A stretch of 64,000 nucleotides of DNA, taken from Octopus vulgaris (taxonomy: Eukaryota). The DNA lies in NCBI GenBank assembly GCA_951406725.2, contig OX597840.1:16740001-16804000 (forward strand), in the 5' to 3' direction. Shown piece after piece: positions 13,301 through 25,237 of the stretch; the first letter of the stretch is position 1, and every line of letters starts with the position of its first letter. A program made the position numbers and the translations under genes. The notes below the pieces were generated by a model, which was not told where the DNA came from, did no database searches, and worked only from the letters and a program-made list of their open reading frames with translations.

Positions 13301-14149
13301 GGATGGATGAATCTATTCACACATACGTGTGTGTGTGTCTATGCGTAGATGTGCGCACGTACGTATAGATAAATATACAGACATGTATAATTTCCCTCTA
13401 AATGTCGGTCTGTCTGTCTCTCTCTCTTTCTCTTTATCTATCTATGTTCATTTATCGATCAGTCTGTCTATCTGTCAGTCTATCTGTCTGTCTGTCTGTC
13501 TCTTTCTCGCTCTTTATCCATCTTGTTTGTCTGTCTGTTTATCTACCTGTCTATCTGTGTGTGTATGTGTGTGTCTGTCTGTCTGTTTGTCTGTCTGCCT
13601 GTCTGTCTGTCTATGTGTCTGTCTCTCTCTTTCTCTCTCTCCCTCCGTCTCTCTCTCTCCTTATCTCTGTCTGTTTATCTATATATCTATCAGTCTGTCC
13701 GTCTATCTATCAATCTCTCTGTTTATCTATCTCTCTACTTACCTCGCTATCAATCTAATATTTCCCACCAGTTATTGGTAAACTCGAGGCCAAGGAAAGA
13801 TAATCTTTCCTCAATGCACCGTAAGGCATGAACGAATCTGGTTCTACAGGAGTTGAGAAGCAACCCTTTGTATCGATAAATTTGCATACCTAAATTACAA
13901 AACTTGACACACTTCAATGCGAGGTAGTAGCTGCCGACCTAATTTTAAAACCTGGCTACGCCTCTGTCCTGCCAGCAGATCCAACGCAAGGCTTTGGTGT
14001 CTGGGAATGCTTCAGAATATTTTGGGGTGGCACTAATTTTTAATAACGCTAAAGTGGAGTGAATAAACTGGAGAAAATTTGAGGGTTCACCATTGAAAAG
14101 TGAGTGGGGAAGTGTCGTCTAGTGCACCCCCTTAGCGACGGGCATGCCC

Positions 14150-14290
14150 GCCAGTCGGTGTAGCTTGAAAAATTTGTCTTGAGAATTCTCTCCTGCGTCA
14201 TTCTAGTCACATGTCCATAGTACTGGAGCTGTGACTTCTCAACGCAGAGAAGTAACGGTAATTCAGAGAGTTTTCGGAGGTGGTGAATAT
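14150..14290 (-). pseudogene. RTE-type LINE RT C-terminal fragment
   Basis: LLLCVEKSQLQYYGHVTRMTQERILK matches the RTE-type QLRWxGHVxRM...R motif. Confidence 0.65.
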
Positions 14291-14371
14291 TTATCATTTC
14301 CAACAGTAAAACGACAAAGGAATTTAAGTTTTTCCTACCTTTCCATACGAAGTAAAACAATCGAAGTTCAA

Positions 14372-14484
14372 TATTTACATTATTTACCTTATTTACATTC
14401 GACGGATATTTGTCCTCGTCTTGTTTGTTGTTAACACAGCGTTTCGGCTGATATACCCTCCAGCCTTCTTCAGGTGTCTTGGGG
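14372..14484 (-). mobile_element. 3' fragment of hammerhead-bearing SINE (HHR 14433-14478)
   Basis: Near-identical to 57127-57233. GACAC-CUGAAGA-A-GGCUG...CAGCC-GAAACGCU-GUGUU (cleavage triplet mutated to GCU); tail (AATGTAAAT)n. Confidence 0.8.
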
Positions 14485-14507
14485 ACGTAAACACACCAGC
14501 ATCAGTT

Positions 14508-14900
14508 GTAATAGCCGGCTGTAGTTGTAACTGGACTTCATGTACCTTTGCATGTCGTTTAAGTCCTCCTGCCGAATTACACTCTCTTCCACATGCCTGA
14601 CAGATATGATTAGTATGGTGTGTTACACCACCACCAGTGGCCAGGTTGTCACTCATCTGTCTCGCTTTATGACTACGAAGATGACTCTTGAGTCCAGCTT
14701 TACTGAGGCAAGGTCTTGTACAGACATTGCATGTCAGCATCAAAGGAAGACCCTTCCCTTCTGGAAGTGTAATAGCGATGCCCTTTCTGACATCCCTCCT
14801 TACTTTCTCATGTGCAACTCGAGATTTCTCAAAAGTGGCTGTCCCCTCATGCACAATCCTTCTCCACCTGCTACGATCAATAGCTATGCCTTCCCAGTAC
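14508..14900 (-). pseudogene. RTE LINE ORF 3' end with two C2H2 zinc fingers
   Basis: WEGIAIDRSRWRRIVHEG...CNVCTRPCLSKAGLKSHLRSH...CQACGRECNSAGGLKRHAKVH, parallel to the C-terminus of the RTE at 21303-21722. Confidence 0.85.
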
Positions 14901-14910
14901 AACCTGTTGT

Positions 14911-15075
14911 AACCCAGTACAACCTGTTGCATGGTCGGGTCGTCGGCGACTAAACCGGCAACCCCACCAAGCTTGCTTGGTGAGGAGGGTGTTTATTGGA
15001 CACCCTGTGGGATGAAAAACAAAACCCGTCAAAGGGCGGAGGAATTATTGAGTCAACAGCCATCTAATAAATGCG
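14911..15075 (+). mobile_element. probable RTE-type 5' UTR fragment
   Basis: AACCCAGTACAACCTGTTGCATGGTCGGGTCGTCGGCGACTAAACCGGCAACCCCACC... is repeated at 37350-37520 (-) and degenerately at 57775-57930 (+). Assignment to an RTE 5' UTR is an inference. Confidence 0.55.
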
Positions 15076-15733
15076 TAGTTTTTTTTCGTAAGGCTTAAGG
15101 CTGTTTCATGCGCGGGGACATAGAAATAATCGGACATACATACACACACACACACGCACACACATATATATATACATCCCTCCTTCTTCCCTCTTCCCCT
15201 TCCCTCTTTCTCTCTGCTCCCTCACTCCCCTTCTCTCTCTCTCTCTCCCTCTCTCCCTCTATCCTCCCTCCTCCTCTCCCCTCCTCTTCTCCTCTCCTTC
15301 CTTCTCCCCTTCTCTCCCCTCCTCTTCTCCTCTCCTTCCTTCTCCCCCTTCTCTCCCCTCCTCTTCTCCTCTCCTTCCTTCTCCCCTCTTCTCCCCTTTC
15401 TTTCTCCCCCTCCCCCTCCCTTCCCCCCTTCCTTAATCTCCTCTCTCTACACTACACCATACGACTTTACACATCACATCATATATACATACACACGTCC
15501 AGACCTCTCATACGCACTAATACTCTCTCATACACACACACACACTCTTCTCATACACACACACACTCTTATGTTGGAGCGAGGTCATTTAGCCCTATTA
15601 TCTCCCCTAATTTCGCTCTTGCGTCTCACGTTTGATCTTTGACTTCTGGCCGAAATCAGATCGCCATGTTGATTCGCTAGCTTCTGCACGCATTTTTTTT
15701 TCTCTCCTTCTTTCTGTATTTTTTCTCTGTGTA

Positions 15734-15771
15734 TCTTTCTGTTGAAGAGCGTAGGCTCGAAACGTTAAAGA
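15734..15771 (+). ncRNA. minimal hammerhead-like motif with variant core CUGUUGA
   Basis: UCUUU-CUGUUGA-A-GAGC(GUAG)GCUC-GAAACGUU-AAAGA; perfect stems I and II; in a module at about 15620-15900 abutting (TA)n; degenerate relative at 36471-36510 (-). Confidence 0.65.
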
Positions 15772-15899
15772 CTTGTTTTATTTATATTTCCTGAGCGCCA
15801 TACTAATACAATTGTTTGTTTGTATTCCACCTGCCTTCGTCTTTTGTTTATTTCCGTAAACCTGCCTTCGTCTTTTGTCTATTTTCATTAAGCTTCCCG

Positions 15900-16031
<132 letters not shown>

Positions 16032-16165
16032 AATATAAGAGAGAATCCACTATGTGGACGCTCTTGCGCTAAAAATAGATCCACTAAGAATTGTTCTCAA
16101 GAAAAATTAGCACAACTATGAACGTAAGCGAGCAGGACAAATGAAAAATAACAAAAATGAAGATT

Positions 16166-16244
16166 AACCCTAGACAATTGTTTCACTGTTAATAAATTAT
16201 GCAATTTTACTTACACAATAAATCTACAGATCATCAGTAGGATT
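16166..16244 (-). ncRNA. type I hammerhead ribozyme
   Basis: AAUCCUA-CUGAUGA-U-CUGU...ACAG-U-GAA-ACAAUUGU-C-UAGGGUU: 7-bp stem I, palindromic stem III, GUC site. In module 16033-16525 with inverted arms 16257-16292 / 16488-16523. Confidence 0.8.
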
Positions 16245-16651
16245 CGTCATGAATATAATTTGTTGACCTGCACGCCAGATATTAACACGAAGGTGTTATT
16301 AAATTAATATCCAATTTTTTCACCCTTATTTTTGATTTTAATTATAAATTAATATGTTCTCAAACCGGTACTAACTACTGCAGTAAATTATTTATGCAGT
16401 ATTTGTTTCCGGTAATTTTGGCGCGCTAGAACGAGATCATTTGAACATAACTGCGAATATAATAGGCTGAACTACTCGTGTGTTTGACTTCGTGTTAATA
16501 TCTGGCGTGCAGTTCAACAAATTAAAACTCTGCAGTAAATAAAGTTTGCAAAAATAAAGTTCATAATAAAACGGTGATTGAAAGTTATCTTGTTATCAGA
16601 ATCGATTATATTCGATCAGTATATATGAACTTCTTTCGTTCCACTCTAGAG

Positions 16652-17070
16652 TTGTCAGAAACGTTAGCACGCTGGGTGAAATGTTTAACGGTATTTCGTC
16701 TGCGGTTACGTTCTGAGTTCAAATTCCGCCTAGGTCGATTTTGCCTTTCATCCTTTCGGGGTCAATAAATTAAGTACCAGTTACACACTGGGTCGATGTA
16801 ATCGACTTAATCCCTTTGTCTGTCCTTGTTCGTCCCCTTTGTGTTTAGACCCTCGTCGGTAATAAAAATAAGAAATCTTAACATGCCGGGCAAAATGTTT
16901 AGCGGTATTTCGTGTTTTTACGTTCTGAGTTCAAATTCCGCCGAGGTCGACTTTGCCTTTCATCCTTTCGAGGTCTATAAATTAAGTACCAGTTACGCAC
17001 TGGGGTCGATATAATCAACTGTCCCGCCTCCCACCAAATTTCAGGCCGTGTGCATATAGTAGAAAGGATT
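16652..17070 (+). mobile_element. SINE family B dimer
   Basis: Two consecutive GAGTTCAAATTCCGCC...AAGTACCAGTTAC units; the first has tail 1 and the second tail 2. Confidence 0.85.
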
Positions 17071-17304
17071 ATTATAATTGTTATTAGTTTATGTGTCAGA
17101 GGTCTTTCGTCCCACATTCTGTGACCTCCTCAATAAGTTTCTGTCCCACGTCTCTCCTCTTCTCTTGCCCGTCCAATTTTGTCTTTCTGTTGTATGAATC
17201 TCTATCTGGACATACTTTTATCTGTGTGTCTGTGTGTCTGTGCATGTGTCTGTGTCTACTATATATCCCTTGCATGCGTGTACACGTACACGCACACACA
17301 TAAA

Positions 17305-17340
<36 letters not shown>

Positions 17341-17516
17341 AGTAACTTTGGAAGTATACTCTTGTCACCAATGCTTAATATCACGAAATATGGCATGCAT
17401 ACAATAATCATAATTTGATTTCAATCAAATTTTCTGGTATTTATACAAAATCCTGACGCGAATACTGATTTTCAGAAGAAAAATATTGTTTTACCTTAAA
17501 AGAAATCTCATTTGTA

Positions 17517-18384
17517 TAGATCGCCTGATCAGTAAGTATCCGGACTGTTGCCATAGTAACGAAGCTAATGCACGCAGAGTGACGCCGCTTGGCACAGATT
17601 GACTTTGAACTCTATTGTGCATGCTATTAGATTTTAATATTCTAGCTTATTTCCGTTGTTTATAGCAGATCTTGGAAGGAAGGTGTGTAGCGTGTGATCG
17701 TTGCATTGACCATGACAGAGAAAGTTGAGCAGAGAATCTGCATCAAATTTTGCCAAAAGCTTTGTGATACCTGCTCAAAGGCCGACGTAAAGTTTTCAAA
17801 AAGTTAAGTTTTCATCGTTCTCGACACAATCAAGATCTTGTGCAACTGAAACCCGAGTTCCTTCTTGGTCAGCTGAAAGCATTTTTAACACAAACTTGGC
17901 AACACGCGTCTCATACCCAAATCTTCAGTGATAATGGACTGAACTGAACCGTAAATAATCTGCACATCCTCTGATAACTCACGGATGCTGATTCGGCGAT
18001 TTTCCTTCACAGCTGCACGCACATCTGTGATGTGTTTTTCAGTTCTGCTAGTTGCGAGTCTCCCAGAACGTTCATCAACATCGATATTTTTTCGGCGATC
18101 TTGGAAACGTCTGAACCACTCATACACTCCACACACAACTTTACGTAGGCCTCTGAGCAGGTATCGCTATGACAGTTTTATCTGTCATGGCCACTGCGAC
18201 CATAACACGCTACACACCTTCCTTCTAAGCACTGCTGTAAACAGTGGAAGTGAGCAGGAGCGTTAAAACTTAGTGCGCATGCACAGCAGAGTTCAAGGTC
18301 AATCTTTGCCAAGCGGCTTCACTCTGCGTGCTTTAACTTCGTTACCCTGATAACAGTCCGGATACTTATTGATCAGACAGCGTA
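17517..18384. mobile_element. palindromic mariner derivative built from two left ends
   Basis: Inverted ends of about 200 bp (CTGATCAGTAAGTATCCGGACTGTT... / ...AACAGTCCGGATACTTATTGATCAG) with TA at both termini. Transposase N-terminus on + (MTEKVEQRICIKFCQKL at 17712) and HTH region on - (VYEWFRRF...DERSGR...ENRRISIREL). Confidence 0.9.
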
Positions 18385-18686
18385 CCTCCGCCCTTAACAA
18401 CTCGTTTATATAGACCGTCACCTCTTCTGTGTCTGTACTTCTTTCTGTATCACTGAGAGAGTCTAAGGCTTATTTATTCATTGCCTGCCACGAAGACAAG
18501 TATGTGCAGTCGGCCAGTGCCTCTTATGTTAATTCTCTCCGTATCTGTCTTTTATTTTCTTCTTATCTCTCTTTACACGATATAAAGTGTTGTTGAAGAA
18601 TCGGTCTAACAACCAACCAACCAATCAGCCAAGCAGCCAAGTAACTAACCAACCCAACCAACCCCAATCAACCTTATATCCGCAAT

Positions 18687-18779
<93 letters not shown>

Positions 18780-18802
18780 GTGTGTATGTATGCATGTATG
18801 TA

Positions 18803-18844
<42 letters not shown>

Positions 18845-18879
18845 CATACATATTTATATATATATATATACATATATAC

Positions 18880-18966
<87 letters not shown>

Positions 18967-19124
18967 CACGACGGGCTTTTTTCAGTTTCCGTCTACTAAA
19001 TCCACTCACAAGGCTTTGGACAGCCCAAGGCTATAGCAGATTCTTGCTCAAGGTGCCATGCAGTGGGACTGAACCCGAAACCATGTGCGTGAGAAGCAAG
19101 CTTCTTACCACACAACCACACGTG

Positions 19125-19167
<43 letters not shown>

Positions 19168-19207
19168 TGTGTATGTGTGTGTGTGTGTGTATGTGTGTAT
19201 GTAAAGA

Positions 19208-19452
19208 GACGTGGCCTTGTGGTTAGGGTGTTGTCCTCATGATGTGCTAGGGGGGTTCGATTCCCGTTGCTGCAGCCCACTCAGCTGTAAATCGTTAACC
19301 CAACGACGGAATGGTCTTCCAATCAGGAGGAATGTTGGCCTGCTTGCCTAACCTACGAGGTGGCATCATTCAAAGGGGCCAAAACATTGCGAAGCGGATT
19401 TTGACCAGCGATGTATAACAACATCCGATATTCTAGTCAATACCGTAATATC
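19208..19452 (+). mobile_element. tRNA-derived SINE family C (degenerate)
   Basis: GTGGCCTTGTGG / GGTTCGATTCCC boxes; 3' part TTGGCCTGCT...GGTGGCATCATTC...GACCAGCGATGT is shared with 26337-26453 (-), 32390-32625 (+) and 54018-54137 (+). Confidence 0.75.
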
Positions 19453-20160
19453 ACTCCCTCTCACTCTTCCCCTTTTCTCTCTCTTAGCCGCGTTTCCCCC
19501 CCCCCTCCTTCCTTCTTTCTCACTCCCAGCTTAAAAACTTTCTCTCTTTCGCACGCCGCCTCTGCTACTGAAAAGTCTTGCTTCCCTACGCTGCCACACA
19601 ACATCTTTCGTCTAGCCAAAAAAAGGCCTTTTTCGTCTGTTTGGTTTTTCTCATTTGTCCTCTTGTTTGTTTGATATTTCCCGTATTGTATTCCCTTTTT
19701 ATTTATCGTCTTGTATTTTTTTGTACATGTATTTTTATCTTGTATTTTATTGTGTAGTTTTATTGTTACATCCTGTTTGTGTTCTTGCCCGTTTTACCCC
19801 GCTGCTTGGAATTTTATTTTAATTCTCTCGCAGGAAGGCCTAGTTAACGAGTGTCCTGTCTTGCCTTCGAAACACGCCTGAGTTAACTAGCGACAGCTGA
19901 TGACGGTGGATTTTTCCTTGTGTAGCCTGTCCTGTACTTGTCGTTAAATTTTAGTTTTTCCCGTTTCTACCTCTTGTTGTGGCGTCCTGTACTTACGTAT
20001 ATTTATTTATATGTGCATGTATATATACATGTAGATGTAGGTACGTACATATATGTTTGTATGTATGCATATATTTTTAATTATCACATTATTGTCTGAC
20101 AGCGCCCCGCGTCAGGTTCGTTTCGATTTATCGGTTCGTTCCACTTCTTGTCTCCATTCA

Positions 20161-20207
<47 letters not shown>

Positions 20208-20216
20208 TGTATGTAC

Positions 20217-20270
<54 letters not shown>

Positions 20271-20314
20271 TTGGTAGACGGAGATTGAAAGAAGCCTGTC
20301 GTATATATATATAT

Positions 20315-21762
20315 AGTGTGGCTTCCGCGCGGGTCGAGGGACCACTGACATGATATTCGCCGCCCGCCAGCTCCAGGAGAAATGCATGGAGCAGCACCTT
20401 GACCTCTGCATGACCTTTGTTGACCTCACCAAGGCCTTTGATAAAGTCAGTCGGGAGGGACTATGGAAGGTCATGGGAAAATTTGGTTGCCCCAGCAAAT
20501 TTATTGCAATTGTCCGCCAGTTCCACGACGGAATGACAGCCAGAATCCTTGAAGACGGCAACTCATCTGAAGCCTTCCAGGTGACCAACGGAGTCAGGCA
20601 GGGCTGTGTCCTGGCCCCAACACTGTTCAGCATCATGTTCTCGGCAATGCTGTCCGACGCCTTTAGGGACTGCAAGTCCGGTATCGACATCAAGTACAGG
20701 ACAGACGGGAAACTTTTCAACTCCAGAAGATTGCAGGCTATCACAAAGTTGAGGGAGACAGTCGTCAGAGACTTTCTCTTTGCTGACGACTGCGCCCTTA
20801 ATGCAATCGATGAGCAGGAGATGCAGCTCGAGATGGACAGGTTATCATCAGCCTGTGACAACTTCGGTCTCACCATCAGTGCCAAGAAAACCGAAGTGAT
20901 GTTTCAGCCAGCCCCCGGCAAACAATACCATGAACCTCAGATAAGGGTGAACGGATGGAAAACTTCACCTACCTGGGCAGCACTCTCTCCTGCAATGCCA
21001 ACATAGATGCTGAAACCATCAACAGAATCTCCAAGGCAAGCAGCGCGTTTGGGAGACTGCGAAAGAAAGCCTGGGAGCGGAGAGGAATCAGCCTCAACAC
21101 CAAGCTGAAAGTCTACCGGGCAGTCGTGCTTACCACCCTACTATACGGCTGCGAGACGTGGACTGCTTACCGAAGGCACGAGCGCCAGATAAACCACTTC
21201 CATCTCAGGTGTCTTCGGAACCTCCTTCACATCCGCTAGCAGGACAAAGTCCCAGACACGGAAGTTCTGAAGCAGGCAGATCTCCCTAGCACCATCACAA
21301 TCATGCGCAAGGCCCAGCTGAGATGGGCGGGCTACGTCTCCCGCATGTCCGACACTCGCATCCCAAAACAGCTCTTCTACGGTGAACTCGGCCAGGGCAG
21401 GCGCAAAGTCGGAGGGCAGAAGAAGCGCTACAAGGATAGTCTCAAGGTCTCTCTCAAAGACTTCTCCATCGGAACAGAGACCTGGGAGACACTTGCTGCC
21501 AACCGCTCATCCTGGCGCAGCGCAATCACCGTGGGAGCAGGGACAGCCGAGGAGGGACGGATTCGGTCAGCGGAGCAGAAACGTCAGATGCGTAAAGCCA
21601 GAGCCGCCTGCACTAGTAGTACGGCCCCTACCCACTTCTGCCCCACCTGTGGGAGGGGCTTCCTTGCCCGGATTGGCCTCACCAGCCACCTCCGGTCTCA
21701 TGGCGCCAGTTCCATCAGATGATGTCAGTTGGTCATCTTCGAACCGAAGGACGAACATTATT
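20315..21762 (+). mobile_element. 5'-truncated RTE-clade LINE (RT plus C2H2 finger; one frameshifting deletion and one stop)
   Basis: [87 protein letters not shown]. Frameshift near 20955, TAG at 21237; short 3' UTR ending GGACGAAC(ATT)n; inserted in the microsatellite of a family A SINE (20270-20314 / 21765-21968). Confidence 0.95.
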
Positions 21763-22184
21763 ATGTATGTGTCTATGTGTGTGTTTACTTGACAACCGGG
21801 GTTGATGTGTTTACGTCTCTGTAAACTAGCGGTTCGGTAAAAAGTGAGTGATAGAATAAGTACTAGGCTTCAAAAAAATAAGTCCTGGGGTCGATTTGTT
21901 CGACTAAAACCTTTCATAGCGGTGCTCCAGCATGGCTGCAATCAAAAGACTGAGAAAAGTAAAAGAATATGTATATATATATATACTACAAAATTAGAGA
22001 ATGGAGAAACATACTTAAATCAGTAAAACATCAACTATCCGATGATACTCAATCCATACTTTAATACACCATTACATATGAGTAAAGGCAATATATAAAA
22101 TGAAATGAGATATACAGTAATAGTAAAAGTAAAAAGATAAAGAGATATAAGTAAAAAATTTCAAATATAATATGCAAATAAATC

Positions 22185-22300
22185 AAAACTGACAGCTGTT
22201 TCGGCAGTGAGGACAGTCATACCTCATTTAACCTATAAGCCATAAAGGCAGGTATAAATGAGGCATTAACAAGGATGCCCCACGGCCTCTTCAGAGAATT
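22185..22300 (-). ncRNA. type I hammerhead ribozyme (inverted copy of 22831-22946)
   Basis: Reverse complement of the motif at 22831-22946. Confidence 0.75.
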
Positions 22301-22650
22301 AAATTAAATTTGTTATAATAGTGAAAAATATTATATAATCATATACATATAAATATAAAAATATAAAAATGTAAAATATAAAAACTTATACATCATAATG
22401 CTACACTTATATAATATAATACACATTTGCACAAAAAGGAAGGTAAACAGAACAAAATAAAACAAAATATATAACAGTGTATATATTAATATTAATAAGT
22501 ACCGATATTATACATATTTGGCTAATATTTTTTTTTATAAAAAAAAAAAAAAAAAAAAAAGGGCTAACACATATGGAGATGAAAAATAATAATTAAATCC
22601 GTGGTACAGTTCATAAAATTCTAAAGCTATAAAAGTTAATAAAAATTACT

Positions 22651-22697
<47 letters not shown>

Positions 22698-22830
22698 TAA
22701 TAATAATAAAAAATACTAAAAATAGATACAGTTAAGTTAGCACCAAGTCCATCCTTTCAAGATCGAATTCGATCTTGAAAGGATGGACTTGGTTATATAA
22801 TATTTTTCACTATTATAACAAATTTAATTT

Positions 22831-22946
22831 AATTCTCTGAAGAGGCCGTGGGGCATCCTTGTTAATGCCTCATTTATACCTGCCTTTATGGCTTATAGGT
22901 TAAATGAGGTATGACTGTCCTCACTGCCGAAACAGCTGTCAGTTTT
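22831..22946 (+). ncRNA. type I hammerhead ribozyme with extended stem II
   Basis: UCU-CUGAAGA-GGC...GCC-GAA-ACAGCUGU-C-AG. Stem II is extended (GUGGGG/CCUCAC; GCCUCAUUUA/UAAAUGAGGU), stem III is palindromic, GUC site after 22940; stem I is short and weak. Confidence 0.75.
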
Positions 22947-23318
22947 GATTTATTTGCATATTATATTTGAAATTTTTTACTTATATCTCTTTATCTTTTT
23001 ACTTTTACTATTACTGTATATCTCATTTCATTTTATATATTGCCTTTACTCATATGTAATGGTGTATTAAAGTATGGATTGAGTATCATCGGATAGTTGA
23101 TGTTTTACTGATTTAAGTATGTTTCTCCATTCTCTAATTTTGTAGTATTAATTTACGGTAATATTATTACCTTTACCCATTTAATACAATAGATGAACTG
23201 ATTGCTTGACAATTTTTAACATCTATGTATTAATTTTGTTGGGTACCTATCTAGCAGTATATTGGATATATATTATCCCATGGTGGGTTGAATTTTCAAC
23301 CCCTATCTCATTTTATAA

Positions 23319-23391
<73 letters not shown>

Positions 23392-24289
23392 GCATATATA
23401 TGTATATGTATGTGTATGTATATATATATATATATGTGTATATATATGAATATATATGTATATGTATGTATATGTATGTGTATGTATATATATATGTATA
23501 TATGTATATATAGAGAGTTAAATAGATAGATAGATTGATAGATAAATGGCTCTCTCTGTATCTCTTATACTCTTTCTCTCCCTCTTTCTATAAAATCTAT
23601 TCCATAACAGTAAAAATCAACCAACAACCATTTATACCGGTTATTGTTATCACCTTTTCCCTTTTACTTGTTTCAATCATTAGACTGCGGCCATGCTGAT
23701 GTACTGCCTTGAATTGTTAGTCAAGCGAATAGGCTCTAGTATTTATTTTTTATCGAGCCTGGTACTTATTCTATCGGATTCTTTGCCGATCCGCTAAGTT
23801 ACGAGGGCGTAAAGCCACCATCATCGGTTGTCAAGCCTTGATGGGGAACAAATACCAGTGTAACTTGGGACACATGAAAAGAAAGCTTTATTTGTTACTT
23901 TTCTGTTACTCAGGCCATGTGAAACAAGGGTTAACTAAAATTCTGGAAACAAGTATTGACATTTAGGACAAACTTAGAAAATACTTTGGACAGGGAAAGC
24001 TTAGAAATTAAATATGACAATTTCAAATTTACTGAGATGTATTTGTCTAACATGTTACTTGATCTGAGGTCATGTATTGAAGCTGCAGTAACTCCACCGT
24101 AGAGAATCCCAAAAAGATGCTAAATTCACTTCAAATTTACTTCATGACATGTTAGAATTTGTTAATATTAGGGGAACTGTGTCAGTGACCTGGTCGGAGA
24201 GGTGTGAGGAAAATATAGGTACATGGTGAAATAAAATTTTTTCTACTTTTATCACAAGAGCAGCAGTTTTGCGGAAGGAAGAAAGCAGA

Positions 24290-25237
24290 TTACACCAACC
24301 CCGATGCTTGACTGGTAAGTATTTTATCGACCACGGAAAAAAAAAATGAAAAACAAAGTTTAACTGTAGAATTTGAACTCAGAACGTAAAGAACCCGTAC
24401 AAATGCTGCTAAAATAGTTTGCCCAGTGCAATAACGACTCTGTTGTAATCTAGGCACAAGGCCCGAAATTTTGGGGGAGGGGGGCCAGTCGATTAGATCG
24501 ACCTCAGTATGCAACTGGTACTTAATTTATCGACCTCGAAAGGATGAAGGGCAAAGTCGACTTCGGCGGAATTTGAACTCAGAACGTAAAGACAGACGAA
24601 ATACCCATTTCTTTACTACCCACAAGGGGCTAAGCACAGAGAGAACAAACAAGGACAGACAAACGGATTAAGTCGATTACATCGACGCCAGTGCGTAACT
24701 GGTACTTATTTAATCGACCCCGAAAGGATGAAAGGCAAAGTCGACCTCGGCGGAATTTGAACTCAGAACGTAGCGACAGACAAAATACCGCTAAGCATTT
24801 TGCCCAGCCTGCTAACGTTTCTTATTTCTTTACTGCCCACAAGGGGCTACACACAGAGGGGACAATCAAGAATAGAGAAACGGATTAAGTTGATTATATC
24901 GACCCCAGTGCGTAACTGGTACTTATTTAATCGACCCCGAAAGGATGAAAGGCAAAATCGACTTCGGCAGAATTTGAACTCAGAACATAGCGGCAGACGA
25001 AATACCTATTTCTTTACTATCCACAAGGGGCTAAATACAGAGGGGACAAACAAGGACAGACATAGGTATTAAGTCGATTACACCGACCCCAGTGCGTAAC
25101 TGGTACTTAATTTATCGACCCAGAAACGATGAAAGGCAAAGTCGACCTCGGCGGAATTTGAACTCACAACATAGCGGCAGACAAAATACCACTAAGCATT
25201 GCGCCCGGCGTGCTAACGGTTCTGCCGGCTCGCCGCC
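24290..25237 (-). mobile_element. SINE family B tandem array (4 units plus an older degenerate unit)
   Basis: Four successive CTGGTACTT..TCGACC.CGAAAGGATGAAAGGCAAA..CGAC blocks; two of the junctions read AAGAAAT(A/G)|GGTATTTCGTCTG on the minus strand. Confidence 0.9.

Larger units (their letters stand above)
21983..23320. mobile_element. Penelope-like pLTR insertion with 356-bp inverted repeat
   Basis: Arms 21983-22338 and 22793-23148 look identical by eye and each holds an HHR; 52-bp perfect palindrome at 22742-22793; (TA)n on both flanks. Confidence 0.85.

Noticed and set aside
20163-20885. 240-aa minus-strand ORF
   Set aside because: Antisense shadow of the GC-rich RTE reverse transcriptase frame.
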